From Patescibacteria group bacterium (lineage in GTDB: Bacteria; Patescibacteriota; UBA1384; XYA2-FULL-43-10; 1-14-0-10-43-13), in contig JBAYHC010000002.1 of assembly GCA_041666325.1 (NCBI GenBank), forward strand, positions 157,319-221,318: a stretch of 64,000 bases of DNA. The letters are read 5' to 3'. A program made the position numbers and the translations under genes. Below are positions 47,231 to 57,266 of this stretch, piece after piece. Position 1 is the first letter of the stretch, and each line of letters starts with the position of its first letter. Under the pieces are notes generated by a model, which worked only from the letters and a program-made list of their open reading frames with translations, had not been told where the DNA came from and did not search any database.

Positions 47231-47791
47231 ATGACTATAGATGAAATTATCAAAGAAGCTCGACCCAAGATGGAAGCAACAATTAGCAGATTAGTGGAAG
47301 AATTGAAAAAGATCCGCGCAGGAAGAGCTAATCCCGAAATTGTAGATGGAATCATGGTTTCTTATTACGGAACGACGACTCCTTTGCGTGAGATGGCTTC
47401 GATTAGTGTTCCCGAATCGACCCAAATCGCGATCAAGCCCTGGGATCGCAATGCTCTATCGGATATAGAGACGGCTATTCGAAATTCCGATCTTGGTTTA
47501 TCGCCAATTAATGATGGTGTATCAGTTCGTTTGGTTTTGCCGCCCCTAACCGAGGAGAGAAGAAAGCAGATTGCCTCTCAAGTGAAGAAAATGGGAGAAG
47601 AGGCGAGAGTAGCTCTGCGAAATGTTCGTGGGGAGGCATGGGCCAAGGTTCAGGAGGGTGAAAAGCGCAAAGAGGTCACAGAGGATGATCGTTACATGGC
47701 TGAAGAAGAGCTGAATAAGCTGATTGGCGAAATGAACAAAAAGGTTGACCAGTCGGCTGCCGATAAAGAAGCTGAAATTTTGAAAATATAA
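47231..47791 (+). CDS. frr: Ribosome recycling factor. The ORF track starts at 47210; the likely start is the ATG at 47231 with an AAGGAG RBS
   Basis: RRF sequence (IRAGRANP, VRLVLPPLTEERRKQ). Confidence 0.85.
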   Translation: MTIDEIIKEARPKMEATISRLVEELKKIRAGRANPEIVDGIMVSYYGTTTPLREMASISVPESTQIAIKPWDRNALSDIETAIRNSDLGLSPINDGVSVRLVLPPLTEERRKQIASQVKKMGEEARVALRNVRGEAWAKVQEGEKRKEVTEDDRYMAEEELNKLIGEMNKKVDQSAADKEAEILKI

Positions 47792-47930
47792 TTATTAGCA
47801 AGTAGGCAGGCAAGCTTACAAGTAATCAGCGCGAGATATGGATTGTAGCTCGGTCTGCTAGCTTATTCGATCGCCCGCTCACGAGCTTATTAACTTACTT
47901 ACCTACACGTTTGCTAGCTAGCGAGGTTTA

Positions 47931-49010
47931 ATGATACTAACTATCCTTGCATTTTTATTTGTACTTGGCGTATTGGTCCTGGTTCACGAATTCGGTCACT
48001 TCATTGCAGCCAAAAAGGCAGGGGTGAAAGTTGAAGAGTTCGCCTTCGGTTTCCCCCCGCGGTTGTTCTCAGCCAAGAGGGGCGAGACTAGGTATTCGAT
48101 TAACGCCATTCCTTTTGGTGGCTATGTAAAGATGCTGGGTGAGCTTGAGCATTCGAATCATCCCCGGGCTTTTGAGAACCAATCAACGCTTAAGCGATTT
48201 GTTATCTCCATAGCTGGTGTTGTTATGAATATCCTGCTTGCCTGGGTGATTCTTACTGTCGGCTTTGCGGTGGGCATGTCTCCAATTGTTTCTAATCCAA
48301 ATGCAATTCCCGGGCAAAAACTTTCATCAGAGATAATTGTTGCTGACGTTCAAGCAGATTCACCCGCAAGCAAAGCTGGATTGGAGCAGGGGGACGTTCT
48401 TCTCGGGGCAACTGTTTCCGGTCAAAACATTCCATTCGATGAGGCCGGAGATGTTGGCGCTCTGACCAAATCTCATCGTGGTGAAAAGGTTGTATTCCAG
48501 TACGAGCGTTTAGATAAAACTGCAGAGAGGGAGGTGCAGCTGTCTGATAGCCAGGATGCGCCGCTTGGAGTCGCTGTCGCCGAAAGATCAATTGTACGAG
48601 TTCCGTGGTATCGAGCACCGTATGTCGCTCTACATGAGACATGGAAGGTGGTGGAAGCGACGTTTTCAATGCTCAAGAACTTTGTTTCCGATCTTTTCTC
48701 AACGGGCAAGGTGGCTGATGAGGTTGGCGGGCCGGTGGCAGTCTATGTTTACAGCGGCTTGGCAGCCAGAGCGGGACTAATGGTTTTCATGCAATTTATC
48801 GCCATGCTCTCTATTAACCTTGCTCTCATTAATATCCTGCCCTTTCCAGCCCTCGATGGTGGTCGCCTGCTTTTCATTGCTCTCGAAGGCATCCGCGGCA
48901 AGAAGGTGGTTCGGGAAGAGCTTGAAAATATTATTCATACTATCGGTTTTGTTTTATTAATTATTCTGCTCGTAGCTATTACTTATCGAGATATTATTAA
49001 ACTATTCTAG
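47931..49010 (+). CDS. rseP: RseP-like site-2 zinc metalloprotease (M50) with a PDZ domain
   Basis: HEFGH motif within TM1, PDZ segment, and a distal LDGG motif. Confidence 0.8.
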   Translation: MILTILAFLFVLGVLVLVHEFGHFIAAKKAGVKVEEFAFGFPPRLFSAKRGETRYSINAIPFGGYVKMLGELEHSNHPRAFENQSTLKRFVISIAGVVMNILLAWVILTVGFAVGMSPIVSNPNAIPGQKLSSEIIVADVQADSPASKAGLEQGDVLLGATVSGQNIPFDEAGDVGALTKSHRGEKVVFQYERLDKTAEREVQLSDSQDAPLGVAVAERSIVRVPWYRAPYVALHETWKVVEATFSMLKNFVSDLFSTGKVADEVGGPVAVYVYSGLAARAGLMVFMQFIAMLSINLALINILPFPALDGGRLLFIALEGIRGKKVVREELENIIHTIGFVLLIILLVAITYRDIIKLF

Positions 49011-49014
49011 TCCT

Positions 49015-50442
49015 ATGTCAAAAGAAGAAATCACTAAAAGAGAAGAAGACTATTCAGAGTGGTACTTGGACGTTATCAAGGTCGCCGATCTAGCTGATTA
49101 TGCCCCAGTGAAGGGCTGTATGGTCATCAAACCCAATGGTTATGCAATGTGGGAAAAAATTCAGCAGACACTAGACAAGAAGTTCAAGGAAACAGGCGTC
49201 GCTAACGCATATTTTCCACTTTTGATTCCGGAGAGCTATTTGAAGCGCGAAGCGGAACATGTTGAGGGTTTTGCCCCGGAGCTTGCGGTCGTGACCCATG
49301 CTGGCGGCAAAAAGCTTGATGAACCGCTAGTTATTCGACCGACCTCAGAGACCATTATTTATGAGATGTTTTCTCGCTGGATTAGCTCTTATCGAGATTT
49401 GCCGCTCCTCATCAATCAGTGGGCTAATGTTGTTCGCTGGGAGATGAGAACAAGACTTTTTTTGCGGACAACAGAATTTTTGTGGCAGGAAGGTCACACT
49501 GCGCACTCAAGCGAAGAGGATGCCGACAAGAGGGCCAGAATGATGCTTGATATTTACCAGCACTTTTGCGAGGAATACTTAGCAATCCCTGTTATCGCGG
49601 GGCAGAAAACTGAAGCTGAAAAGTTTGCCGGAGCCGAAAGAACATACACCATTGAGGCGATGATGCAAGACGGTAAGGCCCTTCAGTCCGGGACTTCTCA
49701 TATGCTGGGACAAAGCTTTGCAAAGGCATTCAACGTGAAGTATTTAAGCGAAGAGGGCAAAGAAGAATACGTCTGGTTGACTAGCTGGGGAGTTAGTACC
49801 CGACTGATTGGTGGAGTTATCATGGCGCACAGCGATGACAAAGGATTGGTTTTGCCGCCAAAGATCGCGTCAACCCAAGTTGTTATTATCCCGATCTGGA
49901 CTAATGATGAGGAGAAGGCTGGGGTGATGGCGCACGTGTCCACCCTTCTGGCTGAGCTAGAAAAATTAGGCATCACTGCCAAGATTGATGATCGAGACAT
50001 GCGGCCTGGTCCAAAGTTCTTTGAATGGGAGAAGAAGGGTATTCCCGTCAGAGTTGAAATCGGTCCGAAGGATATTGCGTCGGGATCAGCAGTTTTGGTT
50101 CGGCGTGATAGCGGAGAGAAGGACGCGGTTTCTCTAAATGGCGCAGCCAAGCAGATAGAGGCAGTCCTTTCGAGTATCCAGCATGATCTATTCCAGCGTG
50201 CTCTTGATTATCGCACGGCAAAGACTAAGGACGTTTCAACTTATGACGAACTTGCAAATCAGGTAGAAGCGGGTTTCGCCAGAGCTCACTGGTGTGGAAA
50301 TCCTAAGTGCGAAGCGAAAGTAAAAGAAGAAACCAAAGCGACTATTCGCTGTATTCCCTTTGATCAGCAGAAAGAAGGGGGCCAGTGTGTTGTTTGCGGT
50401 CAGGAGTCGAGCACTAAAGTGATTTTTGCCCGGTCGTACTAA
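49015..50442 (+). CDS. proS: Prolyl-tRNA synthetase, archaeal/eukaryotic-like type (short, with a C-terminal zinc-binding domain)
   Basis: Class II motifs and C-terminal Cys cluster (CGNPKCE...C..CG); no bacterial-type insertion domain; 475 aa. Confidence 0.9.
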   Translation: MSKEEITKREEDYSEWYLDVIKVADLADYAPVKGCMVIKPNGYAMWEKIQQTLDKKFKETGVANAYFPLLIPESYLKREAEHVEGFAPELAVVTHAGGKKLDEPLVIRPTSETIIYEMFSRWISSYRDLPLLINQWANVVRWEMRTRLFLRTTEFLWQEGHTAHSSEEDADKRARMMLDIYQHFCEEYLAIPVIAGQKTEAEKFAGAERTYTIEAMMQDGKALQSGTSHMLGQSFAKAFNVKYLSEEGKEEYVWLTSWGVSTRLIGGVIMAHSDDKGLVLPPKIASTQVVIIPIWTNDEEKAGVMAHVSTLLAELEKLGITAKIDDRDMRPGPKFFEWEKKGIPVRVEIGPKDIASGSAVLVRRDSGEKDAVSLNGAAKQIEAVLSSIQHDLFQRALDYRTAKTKDVSTYDELANQVEAGFARAHWCGNPKCEAKVKEETKATIRCIPFDQQKEGGQCVVCGQESSTKVIFARSY

Positions 50443-50457
50443 ATTAAACAAAAAAAT

Positions 50458-50484
50458 GAGAGTGGCCGAAGGCCACTCTTTTGG
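50458..50484 (+). terminator. Intrinsic terminator after proS (AGAGTGGCC-GAA-GGCCACTCT-TTTT)
   Basis: Perfect 9-bp stem followed by a T-run. Confidence 0.8.
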
Positions 50485-50858
50485 TGTAAATAAAGGCTAA
50501 TGCCAGGTTGGCTCAGCCTTTCTGAGGTCGAGCAATTTATCGCATTTGGTACCCGGCAAGCATGGTCGGGATGTGTGATCAAGCATAACAGTTGGAACGT
50601 TCCACTGGAGCTGTCCTACTTCGATGGCTGCTTGCCAAATTTGGCGGTATTGGTAAGGACTCATCCACCTTGCGGATCTGATCTTGATTCGGATTGGCGG
50701 ATGGAGGGATTGAGATGATCGGAATGTGTATATCCAATGCTCTGTCTTGGCACCGATCTTGTTTCTGGCCCAGAGCTTGAAACTAAGCCAGTAGCGCAAA
50801 CGAACGATGCGACCGGCAGTAGTAAGCCGGTCCGACAAAGTGGGCTTGCTCGTCATCC

Positions 50859-51164
50859 CTAGAAGATCTTGAGCCATTGAGGCAAGAACGGGTCAAGCGC
50901 GAGAAGCTTGTCGGTAAGTTCCGGGTCTTCGCGCCTGACCTCTATGATGATGCAATGGATCTCTTGGACGACCGAAATGCTTGTGCGTCTGTAATCATCA
51001 ATATCCCTGAGGCGAGCTGCAAGCATGTCCATAAACAGAAGCGCAGCGTGATCAGGATGATTGACCAAGAATTCACTTATCTCTCCCCATTGTGCGTTGC
51101 GTGAAAAGTCAGACAGAAGATCCATGTGTCGGGCGATCTCTTCAGCCTGTTTCTGGTATGGCAC
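50859..51164 (-). CDS. Hypothetical small protein (101 aa); weak call
   Basis: ORF with plausible composition but no clear RBS. The neighbouring 126-aa minus-strand ORF (50497-50877) overlaps it and is W/R-rich, so it is doubtful. Confidence 0.3.
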   Translation of the reverse strand: MPYQKQAEEIARHMDLLSDFSRNAQWGEISEFLVNHPDHAALLFMDMLAARLRDIDDYRRTSISVVQEIHCIIIEVRREDPELTDKLLALDPFLPQWLKIF

Positions 51165-51247
51165 CTTGTGTTCTCCCTCATCTGACCCAAGACACTCTAG
51201 CGGGGCTTGCCTTAGATCGTTGCTTATAATATAATAAACCTCGTATT

Positions 51248-52573
51248 ATGTCAAATCTGAAGGGAAAAATTAAAGAGTTGCCGCAATCTCCTGGCGTGTA
51301 TCAGTTTCTTGATGCCAGTGGGGATATTTTATACGTGGGCAAAGCAAAGAATATTCGCAATCGTATCAAGTCATATTTTGCCAAAGAGATTGGTCGGGGA
51401 CCAGCCATTGATCTGATGGTTCAGCTTGCCGTCGATATCAAGACTATCGAAACCGAGAGTGAGATCGAAGCCGTTATTTTGGAAGCCGATCTGATTGGAA
51501 AGCTAAAACCCAAATACAATATTCGTCTGCGTGATGACAAATCGTTTTTGATGATAAGGATAACTAAGCCAAAGGTGGGCGTAAGTGACGAGGCGGAGGT
51601 CAAAAGTAAGAATCGTAATTTATGTGCCACAGATGTTTCGAGAGTAGAATTGGTCAGGTACAAAAACGCCGATTTGCATGATAAATCGGCCTGGTACTTC
51701 GGCCCATATCCGGCCGGAGATTTGCTCAAGAAGTCGCTGCGCTATCTTCGCCGAATATTCCCCTACATGGATTGTACTAACACCAAATACAATCGCTACA
51801 GCAAGTTTGGCCGGGCTTGTTTGTATGGCGATCTTGGAATTTGCCCGGCGCCTTGTGTTGCTGGAACGAGCAGAGAAGAATATCAGAAAAACATTACTTA
51901 TCTAAAAAACTTCCTCCGTGGCAACAAGAAGGAGGTTAGGTCCAAGCTCGAGAAGGAAATGCATCGCCTGAGTAAAACCAACCACTTCGAGCAGGCGGCA
52001 ATTATTCGGGATCGCATTTATGCCCTGGACCATATCAGCGATGTTGCCGTTGGTATCAAGGACGATTTTACCTCGCCCGGCAAGCTCGCTTTTCAGCGAA
52101 TCGAATGCTATGACATGTCGAACATTTCGGGCCAATATGCCGTTGGTTCTATGGTTGTTTTTGCCAATGGCGAGCCGGACAAGGACGAATATCGCCGCTT
52201 TAGGATCAAAAACAAAGCGCTAAGTGTGCTCGGCTACGAAGGTGGCGATACTGGTATGATGGCTGAAGTATTGGAGCGTCGTCTCAATAACAGCTGGCCG
52301 TTACCCAATCTTCTTATAGTTGACGGTGGCCCAACCCATGTTACACTTGCAACTCGAATACTCAAATCTCATGGACTTGATATTCCAGTAGCTGGCATTG
52401 CCAAGGGCCCGAAGCGCGACAAAGACGAGTTCCATTTTTCTAATCATGCCATCGCCGCATATATCAAGAAGAATCCTGAAATTCAGATAATTTGTATTAA
52501 GGCTAGAAACGAGGCTCACCGTTTTGCCAGAGACTATTACCGCAAGCTCCACTCTAAAAATATGCTACAATAG
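51248..52573 (+). CDS. uvrC: UvrC-like excinuclease subunit, short form (GIY-YIG nuclease, Cys cluster, UvrB-interacting region and part of the RNase H-like domain; no C-terminal HhH)
   Basis: GIY-YIG motif (GVYQFLDASGDILYVGKAKNIRNR), central UvrBC-like segment; 441 aa compared with about 600 aa for canonical UvrC. Confidence 0.6.
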   Translation: MSNLKGKIKELPQSPGVYQFLDASGDILYVGKAKNIRNRIKSYFAKEIGRGPAIDLMVQLAVDIKTIETESEIEAVILEADLIGKLKPKYNIRLRDDKSFLMIRITKPKVGVSDEAEVKSKNRNLCATDVSRVELVRYKNADLHDKSAWYFGPYPAGDLLKKSLRYLRRIFPYMDCTNTKYNRYSKFGRACLYGDLGICPAPCVAGTSREEYQKNITYLKNFLRGNKKEVRSKLEKEMHRLSKTNHFEQAAIIRDRIYALDHISDVAVGIKDDFTSPGKLAFQRIECYDMSNISGQYAVGSMVVFANGEPDKDEYRRFRIKNKALSVLGYEGGDTGMMAEVLERRLNNSWPLPNLLIVDGGPTHVTLATRILKSHGLDIPVAGIAKGPKRDKDEFHFSNHAIAAYIKKNPEIQIICIKARNEAHRFARDYYRKLHSKNMLQ

Positions 52574-52611
52574 ATAGAATAATTCTCTTGTTGCGAACAA
52601 AAATCCCCGCC

Positions 52612-53121
52612 TTAAGAGCGGGGGACGGACAAACAAGATGGAGCAGGTTGGGGCGCCGGCTGGGGTGTCAACAAAGCACGCGCTTTGGCTAGGACGTTTT
52701 TGACTAGTCCCCTGAGCGTTATCTTGCTTCTTGGTCCTTGATTGAGGACAAAATAGAGGTAGAAGTCAGGGATCATGAGAAGTCTCAAAAAATGCATGTT
52801 GGGTGGCACAATCACGAACCATAAAAGGCCATAGAGGGAAACACGTGCCAAACGGATATGCGGATTGAGCAAGACCAAATCATTAGCCAAGACGTCGTCG
52901 TCTCTGAAGTAAAATTTTGCCAATTTATAGTCAACCCAGACATTCGGAGGCATCACTATAAGGGAAAACAACAAGTCATTACAGGTTATGATGAATGTTG
53001 TGAAATAAGCCAACAATATCCACCCCACAATCACTTGCCATCTTGTGATACCGAAGAAACTTGCTATGGTCAGGATTTTCTTGGCTAGAGCCAAGAGCCA
53101 ACTGTCGATCTTTCGTACCAC
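52612..53121 (-). CDS. Polytopic membrane protein, possibly RDD-family
   Basis: Multiple TM helices; FRDDD motif. Confidence 0.35.
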   Translation of the reverse strand: MVRKIDSWLLALAKKILTIASFFGITRWQVIVGWILLAYFTTFIITCNDLLFSLIVMPPNVWVDYKLAKFYFRDDDVLANDLVLLNPHIRLARVSLYGLLWFVIVPPNMHFLRLLMIPDFYLYFVLNQGPRSKITLRGLVKNVLAKARALLTPQPAPQPAPSCLSVPRS

Positions 53122-53175
53122 ACTGCTTCTCCCTTCGCGCCATGATTATTAAACCATAAATAATTGATACTGTAA

Positions 53176-54204
53176 ATGGTTAAGCGATTCCTAAAAAACT
53201 GGTGGAATGGGATAAAGTTTGATCCCGGCGATCCTCGCTATCTTGCCGGCGGCGAGATTAAGATCGCTGTAATTGGCGGCGGAACCGGATTGGCCACCTT
53301 GCTCCGGGGCTTGAAGAAGTACTCAAATCAGATCACGGCCATAGTCACAGTAACAGATAGCGGCGCTTCAACGGGACGATTGCGCAAAGAATTCGACATG
53401 CTGGCCCCAGGGGATATTCGGAAATGCATCTCGGCTCTGGCTTATGACGAGGGACTGATATCTCATATCTTTGAATATCGTTTTTCGGGGGAGAAGAATG
53501 CTCTTGGTGGACATACTCTCGGCAATATTTGGATCACGGCTCTAACTGAGTATCTTGGATCCTTCGATAAGGCGATTGAAGCAACAACAGAATTATTCCA
53601 AACTGCCGGTCGAGTCGTGCCTGCTACGCTGGCGAATGTTGATCTTGTCATCAAATATGCAGATGGAACTGTACTTGAGGGTGAATCAAATTTAGATGAG
53701 ATTGTCGGTAAAAAGATCAGATGTATTCAATTGAACAAAAAAGAAGCCAAGGCTTACCATAAGGCCGCGCAATCACTTCGTGATGCAGACTTAATCGTCG
53801 CCGGTCCAGGCAGTCTCTATGGCAGCATAATTCCCAACTTGCTCATTGCCGGCATAAGACAGGCGATCGCTGTAAACGAGAAAGCGCTGAAAGTTTATAT
53901 TGTTAATTGCTCGACAGAACGAACACAAACAGCCGGCTACAGTGTTGAGGACCATATTGCAGCACTCGTTGGCAATACGGGTGGAAATATTTTTGACTAT
54001 TGCCTTGTGAATAACAAAATTATCAGTCGCTCGAAGGATGAGCATAAGTTGGGCGAGATTAACAACATCACGACTGACAAGACCGAGATACTCGGCCATC
54101 GGATCATTCTCTCTGATCTGATTGATGGGGAAAAACCCCTTTATCACGACTCAGAAAAGCTGGCCAAATCCCTCATTAACTTATATAATAGCGTAAGGAG
54201 ATAG
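53176..54204 (+). CDS. yvcK: YvcK/CofD-like gluconeogenesis factor (UPF0052)
   Basis: IAVIGGGTGLATLLRGLK N-terminal motif and the 2-phospho-L-lactate-transferase-like fold sequence. Confidence 0.8.
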   Translation: MVKRFLKNWWNGIKFDPGDPRYLAGGEIKIAVIGGGTGLATLLRGLKKYSNQITAIVTVTDSGASTGRLRKEFDMLAPGDIRKCISALAYDEGLISHIFEYRFSGEKNALGGHTLGNIWITALTEYLGSFDKAIEATTELFQTAGRVVPATLANVDLVIKYADGTVLEGESNLDEIVGKKIRCIQLNKKEAKAYHKAAQSLRDADLIVAGPGSLYGSIIPNLLIAGIRQAIAVNEKALKVYIVNCSTERTQTAGYSVEDHIAALVGNTGGNIFDYCLVNNKIISRSKDEHKLGEINNITTDKTEILGHRIILSDLIDGEKPLYHDSEKLAKSLINLYNSVRR

Positions 54205-54295
54205 GTATATCGTATATCGGTTGATGACTTGAACCAGAAATATCCATAATACGAAATACCGAATACGAACTACGAATTACGAAACTGGAGGGGAT

Positions 54296-55060
54296 TTGAG
54301 ACGGCCGATTGTGATAGGTAATTGGAAGATGTACACCCGAGCTGCGGATGCGGCTATTTTAGCGACTTCGATCAGAAACGGTGTCGAAAAGATAAAGGGT
54401 GTCGAGGTTGTGCTTTGCCCCCCTGCAATATGGCTTGCAGAAGTTCTCTCAATAGTTGGCAAGAGCGGTCAAATCAAATTGGGTGTCCAGAACATGTTTT
54501 ATGAGCCAGAGGGTGCTTACACAGGAGAGCTTTCGCCCCTCATGATCAGGGACTTGGCTCAATATGCCATTGTGGGACACTCTGAGCGTCGAGAGCATTT
54601 TGGCGAAACCGATCTGGATGTTAATGAAAAGGTAATAGCTGCCCTCAAGGCTGGCATAACGCCCATAATTTGTGTTGGTGAGAGGAAGAAGGAAGGTTTG
54701 CCAAAGCAACCGTTAAATCAATTAGAACAGGCACTTCTTCATGTGCCTAAGAAAAATTATGGCGATGTTGTAGTCGCATACGAGCCCATCTGGGCGATAG
54801 GCACTGGCAATAACGCAGATCCAGAGTATGTGAGCAAGGTTATTACTTACTTGCGGCAACACGGCTTGGTGCAAGCACCCATTCTCTATGGCGGAAGTAT
54901 CAACTCTCAGAATGCTCGTGATTATGCCTGCAGGCCAGAGATAGATGGGTTACTCGTGGGCGGTTCAAGTATCAGATCGCTGGAGTTTACCAGAATTTGC
55001 AACACTTGGTCGAAGGAGAAGCACTTCAGCAGGCGCATCGAGATCAGGGAGGAAGAATGA
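54296..55060 (+). CDS. tpiA: Triosephosphate isomerase
   Basis: IVIGNWKMY, GHSERR and a catalytic Glu context. The stop overlaps the gap start in the sequence ATGA. Confidence 0.9.
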   Translation: MRRPIVIGNWKMYTRAADAAILATSIRNGVEKIKGVEVVLCPPAIWLAEVLSIVGKSGQIKLGVQNMFYEPEGAYTGELSPLMIRDLAQYAIVGHSERREHFGETDLDVNEKVIAALKAGITPIICVGERKKEGLPKQPLNQLEQALLHVPKKNYGDVVVAYEPIWAIGTGNNADPEYVSKVITYLRQHGLVQAPILYGGSINSQNARDYACRPEIDGLLVGGSSIRSLEFTRICNTWSKEKHFSRRIEIREEE

Positions 55061-56046
55061 AAGTAGCTATCAATGGTTTTGGGCGAATTGGCCGTGCGGC
55101 AGCTAAGATTATTCTGGAAAAAAATAATCTTGAGCTTGTTGCGGTCAATGACTTGAGCGACATAGGCACATTGGCCCACCTTCTAAAGTATGACAGTTGC
55201 TATGGGATATATTCTCGTGAAATAAAAACAGACAAGGACAGCCTGCTTGTTAACAACCGAAGGATTAAGTTTCTCTCGGAGAAGGATCCGAGGAACTTGC
55301 CATGGAAAAAGCTGGGTGTTGACGTTGTCATAGAGTCAACCGGAGCATTTTTATCAAAGGAGAGGTCCCGGACTCACCTTCAGGCAGGTGCCAAGAGGGT
55401 AATACTCTCAGCTCCGGCCAAGGACGACGATATCCCGACGTATATTGTTGGTGTTAACAGTGACAAATACAGTGGAGAGAAGATCGTCTCAAATGCATCT
55501 TGCACCACTAACTGCGTTACTCCAATCATGGATGTCTTGGAGAAAAAGATCGGAATTCAGAAGGCCCTCATGACAACCGTCCATAGCTATACAGCCGATC
55601 AGAACTTGGTCGATGGGCCGCACAAGGATCTTCGTCGTGCAAGATCAGGCGCGTACAACATAGTGCCAACGACTACTGGCGCAGCTAGGACAACGGCTAA
55701 GGTTATTCCCAAACTTAGAAATAAATTTGATGGCTTGTCGATCAGGGTGCCAACCCCGGTCGTATCTATCTCTGATGTTGTCGCGCTGACAAGGAGAGAC
55801 ACCACGGTTTTAGAGATAAACGGAGCATTGCTTCAGGCATCAGAGGGCTCGCACTGGGGCATTATCACCGCGAGTAACCAGCCTTTGGTTTCCACTGATT
55901 TGATCGGAGATTCCTCCTCGGCCATAGTTGACTTGCAGCTGACTCAAGTTGTGGACGGCAATCTCATCAAGGTTGTTGCTTGGTATGATAACGAATGGGG
56001 CTACTCGAACAGATTAGTAGAGTTGGCAGAGATTGTCGGAAAATGA
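55057..56046 (+). CDS. gap: Glyceraldehyde-3-phosphate dehydrogenase. The ORF track starts at 54997; the true start is MKVAINGFGRIGR at 55057
   Basis: NGFGRIGR Rossmann motif, catalytic ASCTTNC. Confidence 0.9.
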   Translation: MKVAINGFGRIGRAAAKIILEKNNLELVAVNDLSDIGTLAHLLKYDSCYGIYSREIKTDKDSLLVNNRRIKFLSEKDPRNLPWKKLGVDVVIESTGAFLSKERSRTHLQAGAKRVILSAPAKDDDIPTYIVGVNSDKYSGEKIVSNASCTTNCVTPIMDVLEKKIGIQKALMTTVHSYTADQNLVDGPHKDLRRARSGAYNIVPTTTGAARTTAKVIPKLRNKFDGLSIRVPTPVVSISDVVALTRRDTTVLEINGALLQASEGSHWGIITASNQPLVSTDLIGDSSSAIVDLQLTQVVDGNLIKVVAWYDNEWGYSNRLVELAEIVGK

Positions 56047-56078
56047 TGATTAATTTATAATTCCTACTTTATATCCAT

Positions 56079-57206
56079 ATGAAGAGTCTTAAAGAAGCGG
56101 ACGCAAGAGGCAAAAGAGTTTTCTTGCGTGTTGATTACAATGTTCCCATCAGGGATGGCGTCGTTTATGATGACAATCGCATCGAATCTTCCCTGCCCAC
56201 AATTCGACATCTGATCGAGCAACAGGCCAAGATAATTATCGGTACTCATCTTGGACGTCCTGCTGGCTCAAAAGATCTGAGTCTTTCTACTATTCCTCTA
56301 GCAAAGGAGCTGGCAAAGATTCTGCAGCGCAAGGTCTATGCTAGTGATTTTATCACCGGCCCCGAAGTTAGGAATGTGATCGGTCAGATGCAGTCAGGTG
56401 ATATTTTTGTTCTTGGTAATTTGCGTTTCAATCCTAGCGAAGAGGCCAATGACGGTGGCTTTGCCTCTTCGCTAGCCAGCATGGCCGAGGTCTACGTCAA
56501 TGACGCCTTCCCCGTTTGCCACCGTGAAGCCGCTTCGATTGCTGCTATAACACGATACATACCAAGCTATGCTGGGTTACGTTTGGAGCAGGAGATCACA
56601 ACGCTCGGTTCTCTGCTGTCCAATCCAGTCCATCCGTTTGTCCTCATCGTCGGCGGAGTCAAGGTTAATGATAAGGCGAGCGTTATCAAATACTTGGCGC
56701 CCAAAGTAGACAAAATACTAATTGGCGGCGCTGTTGCTAATACTTTTCTAGCGGCTTCCGGTGAGGACATTAGCCACTCACTGTTTGAGCCCAAGATGGT
56801 ATTGGATTGTCAGATGGTGCTGCGCAAATATAGCCGAAAGATTATGTTGCCCATAGATGCAACCCGTGAGACCACGGGACATGGCTACAAAATTATGGAT
56901 ATAGGGCCGGCAACGATAAACCGCTTTTCCAAAGAGATCAAGCGTGCTAAAACAGTATTATGGAATGGCAATCTCGGTTACACTGAGGATGATAGGTATG
57001 CGATTGGCACGAAGAAGATAGCCGAGTCAATTGCTCAGGACAAGAGGACCGCTATCGTCGCAGGCGGTGATACTGCTGCTTACATGGATACTCACAATCT
57101 TGCCGGTGGATTTTCCTTTATATCGACCGGAGGGGGAGCGGCACTAGAATTATTTGCCGGGAAACAACTGCCAGGAATTGTTGCGCTAGAAAATAATAAG
57201 CAATAA
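56079..57206 (+). CDS. pgk: Phosphoglycerate kinase
   Basis: RVDYNVP N-terminal motif and PGK domain sequence; 375 aa. Confidence 0.9.
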   Translation: MKSLKEADARGKRVFLRVDYNVPIRDGVVYDDNRIESSLPTIRHLIEQQAKIIIGTHLGRPAGSKDLSLSTIPLAKELAKILQRKVYASDFITGPEVRNVIGQMQSGDIFVLGNLRFNPSEEANDGGFASSLASMAEVYVNDAFPVCHREAASIAAITRYIPSYAGLRLEQEITTLGSLLSNPVHPFVLIVGGVKVNDKASVIKYLAPKVDKILIGGAVANTFLAASGEDISHSLFEPKMVLDCQMVLRKYSRKIMLPIDATRETTGHGYKIMDIGPATINRFSKEIKRAKTVLWNGNLGYTEDDRYAIGTKKIAESIAQDKRTAIVAGGDTAAYMDTHNLAGGFSFISTGGGAALELFAGKQLPGIVALENNKQ

Positions 57207-57266
57207 TTGGCCTGTGTTAAGAATTTTTGTTTATTATTTCTAGTTTATTATTTCTTAGGAATTTTT

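Noticed and set aside
50497-50877. 126-aa minus-strand ORF after proS
   Set aside because: It is W/R-rich, has no RBS and overlaps the neighbouring ORF, so it is kept only as a note.
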